Assembly (NCBI GenBank): GCA_963702095.1
Contig: OY969706.1
Location: forward strand, 2,368,001 to 2,432,000
DNA length: 64,000 bases
Direction: 5' to 3'
Origin: Candidatus Bathyarchaeota archaeon
Lineage (GTDB): Archaea > Thermoproteota > Bathyarchaeia > Bathyarchaeales > Bathycorpusculaceae
Shown: in pieces, positions 61,908-64,000 of the stretch
Layout: the number at the start of each line of letters is the position of its first letter
Position numbering within the stretch: position 1 is the stretch's first letter
Made by a program: the position numbers and the translations under genes
Notes under the pieces: model-generated
Seen by the model: the letters and a program-made list of their open reading frames with translations, nothing else
What the model was told of the DNA's origin: nothing
Database searches by the model: none

Positions 61908-62066
61908 TTGTCAATTACTCCTTGGATGGCTGTTTCATATTGTCCAAACGTAGTTATAGGTTGCCACCGTGATACATATGATTCGTATAGAGTGTATTTA
62001 TTAATTATGAAGCTGTCGATGTCCTGTCCCTAAATTTTAGGGGTTTATGGTGTTGCCCTGATTTGC

Positions 62067-62196
62067 TTTTTCTAGATTAAGAAGAAGAAAGTATCGCCCT
62101 TACACATCATCTTCTTGGGGACTTTGTGGGCGGCTGCTTTTTTGGTTCTATGTTTGGTTTTGGTTGCAGATTGATTGTGCAATCCACCACAAGCTT
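62067..62196 (-). repeat. Dispersed element, copy F
   Basis: Reverse complement: GCTTG-N10-CACAATCAATCTGCAAC..CAGCCGCC..GAAGATGATGTGTAA...CTTCTTCTT..TAGAAAAA. Confidence 0.85.
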
Positions 62197-62325
62197 TGCC
62201 AGCGCTCTTGTTTACCAAAAAACGTCAAAACAACAACATATTCTTGCACCCAAAAAAATGATTCAGGCAGCCTATCCGCTTGCAAAGAGAAGAGGAAATT
62301 TAGTGTCAAGCACTGTTTTTTAGCC

Positions 62326-63009
62326 CTACGTTTCCCCCGCTATTTTTCCCTCACTTAAGAACAGCCGTCGTCTCGTATGTACCGCAACCTGCTCATCATG
62401 CGTTACCATCAAGATAGTTGTGCCCTGCTCATAATTGAGGTTTGAGAGTAACTTGACGATTTCCTGCTTGTTGGCAGCATCCAAGTTGCCCGTGGGTTCA
62501 TCAGCTAAGATGATGGTGGGATCGTTTGCCAAAGCTCTGGCGATGGCAACACGCTGCTGTTCACCCTGGCTTAAATGCTGAGGCCGATGCTGCTCCCGCC
62601 CCGACAAGCCAACGGTGCCCAGTAGTTCCAGCGCCCTCAGCTTACGCTGCCCCTTAAACTTACCCGCCAACTCCATAGCCAACTCGACGTTTTCCCGGGT
62701 GTTGAGGTATGACAGGAGGTTGAAGTTTTGGAATACAAAGCCAATCTTGTCGCGTCGTATTTTGTAAAGTTCTGATTCTGGCAGACGCGCGATGTCTATG
62801 CTGTCTATGGCTATTTTGCCTTCTGTGGGTTTGTCAATGCATCCGATGAGATTTAGCAGGGTGGTTTTGCCTGAACCTGAGGGTCCCATGATGGCTGTGA
62901 ATTCGCCTCGTTTAACCTCAAGGTCTAAGCCGGTTAGGGGCTGGATTTTGCGTTTGCCAAGCGTAAACGTCTTGGTTAGGTTTTCTATTTTTAGAACTGG
63001 CTCATTCAT
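62326..63009 (-). CDS. ABC transporter ATP-binding protein (LolD/MacB type)
   Basis: [31 protein letters not shown]. Confidence 0.93.
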   Translation of the reverse strand: MNEPVLKIENLTKTFTLGKRKIQPLTGLDLEVKRGEFTAIMGPSGSGKTTLLNLIGCIDKPTEGKIAIDSIDIARLPESELYKIRRDKIGFVFQNFNLLSYLNTRENVELAMELAGKFKGQRKLRALELLGTVGLSGREQHRPQHLSQGEQQRVAIARALANDPTIILADEPTGNLDAANKQEIVKLLSNLNYEQGTTILMVTHDEQVAVHTRRRLFLSEGKIAGET

Positions 63010-64000
63010 GACGCATTGCCTCCGCAGGTCGTATTTTTGCCGCTCTCCAAGCCGGGTACAGGCTGCCAAGCGCACCCAGCGCCACTGCAATGCCCAATCC
63101 AGCCAGTATAAGTTGTGGGGTTATGGTTAGAGTGAGGGGAACCGGAACCGTTTGTCCATTCTGTGAAGTTGTAAGATCAACTCCCCACTGGTTTAAGCGA
63201 GGTAGCAGTATTTGCCCTAAAGCTGATGCACCGACTGTACCGATGGCTATACCGATTATGCCAGCGATTAGACTCAGAAGTATGCCTTCAATCATGAATT
63301 GCCCCAGAATCGTTTTGTTGCTTGCGCCCATAGCTTTGAGGGTGCCGATTTCTCTAGTTCGCTCACGCACCGAATACAGCATGACAAGCAGTATTATTGC
63401 GACTTGAGCAGCCACCACAATGCCTATAATCATTATACCCGTGTTTTCTATACTACTCATTTTAGCTTGCGCCGTTTGCAATTGTTCTTCCCAAACATGT
63501 TGACCACTTAAAATGTTGTTTATCAACGCTTTATTAGTCTGAACCTGAAGCTGAGGATATTCAGTTTTGATTTTGCTCTCGACTGTATCTACGTTTTCTA
63601 CAGTGTCAGCAAAGACTATGAGTTTTAGTGCCTGTCCAGTTGTGTTAGTGATGGTTTGGGCATCCTCAAGACTCATGTATGTATCAAAAGTAAAGCCTGA
63701 TCTTCCCGTCCCCTGAATACCCACTACCGTAAAGTTTTGACCCAAAATGTTAACGGTGGCACCAACACTAGCGTTAAAGTAATATGCAGCTACCTCCGTT
63801 AAAACGACGACGCCATGGTTACCAGCCTCTAGGTTTCGACCAGCAGTAATATTCTTCGCCGTGGTTAAAGTCCAATCATTTGTAGGCAAAATTGATGGAA
63901 ACCTTTCGATATAAGAGGCTTCTAAAGGTATCCCATAAATGTACATGTCGCCCGAGTATGTGTATTCATTATAAGTGATGTTGAAAGGATTATTTTTCTC
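63002..64000 (-). CDS. ABC transporter permease (FtsX/MacB type), 5' end outside the window
   Basis: SVRERTREIGTLKAMGA, LYPAWRAA..P.EAMR. Confidence 0.9.
   Translation of the reverse strand, partial: EKNNPFNITYNEYTYSGDMYIYGIPLEASYIERFPSILPTNDWTLTTAKNITAGRNLEAGNHGVVVLTEVAAYYFNASVGATVNILGQNFTVVGIQGTGRSGFTFDTYMSLEDAQTITNTTGQALKLIVFADTVENVDTVESKIKTEYPQLQVQTNKALINNILSGQHVWEEQLQTAQAKMSSIENTGIMIIGIVVAAQVAIILLVMLYSVRERTREIGTLKAMGASNKTILGQFMIEGILLSLIAGIIGIAIGTVGASALGQILLPRLNQWGVDLTTSQNGQTVPVPLTLTITPQLILAGLGIAVALGALGSLYPAWRAAKIRPAEAMRHE

Noticed and set aside
200-63511. Many 60-290 aa ORFs antisense or out of frame to real genes (e.g. 495..965, 5660..6538, 58492..59142)
   Set aside because: Shadow ORFs fully overlapping well-supported genes, with no recognisable motifs.
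1-64000. tRNA, rRNA or known riboswitch
   Set aside because: I recognised no cloverleaf, T-loop or rRNA-like segment by eye; tRNAscan-SE and Rfam would be needed to exclude them formally.

Overview
Archaeal chromosomal window, most consistent with a Bathyarchaeia-type organism (aEF-1beta, Cdc48, FEN1, Trm5, LysW pathway, secreted PQQ-like beta-propeller protein). It is dominated by amino-acid biosynthesis genes: pheA-leuABDC-ilvNB, carAB-argHG, thrC-hom-lysC, Lrp-lysWXYZJK, asnB, an AlaA-like aminotransferase, ilvE and proS. Accessory genes are interspersed: two complete VapBC-type TA modules, one orphan antitoxin, membrane and secreted proteins, and a large RecB/Cas4-nuclease plus SF1B-helicase fusion. 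About nine genes carry single-base frameshifts in short homopolymer runs, probably assembly errors. I saw no rRNA, tRNA, CRISPR array or transposase. Two non-coding signals stand out. (1) Seven copies of a ~130-bp intergenic element with fixed motif spacing, variable spacers and a covarying terminal hairpin. (2) A 60-bp two-box promoter architecture shared by argG and lysW (44/60 identical, ungapped, counted by hand). The same box also sits just downstream of the TATA box of an HTH/ACT-domain gene, suggesting an uncharacterised archaeal arginine regulon. Several small ORFs missed by the ORF track are also reported.
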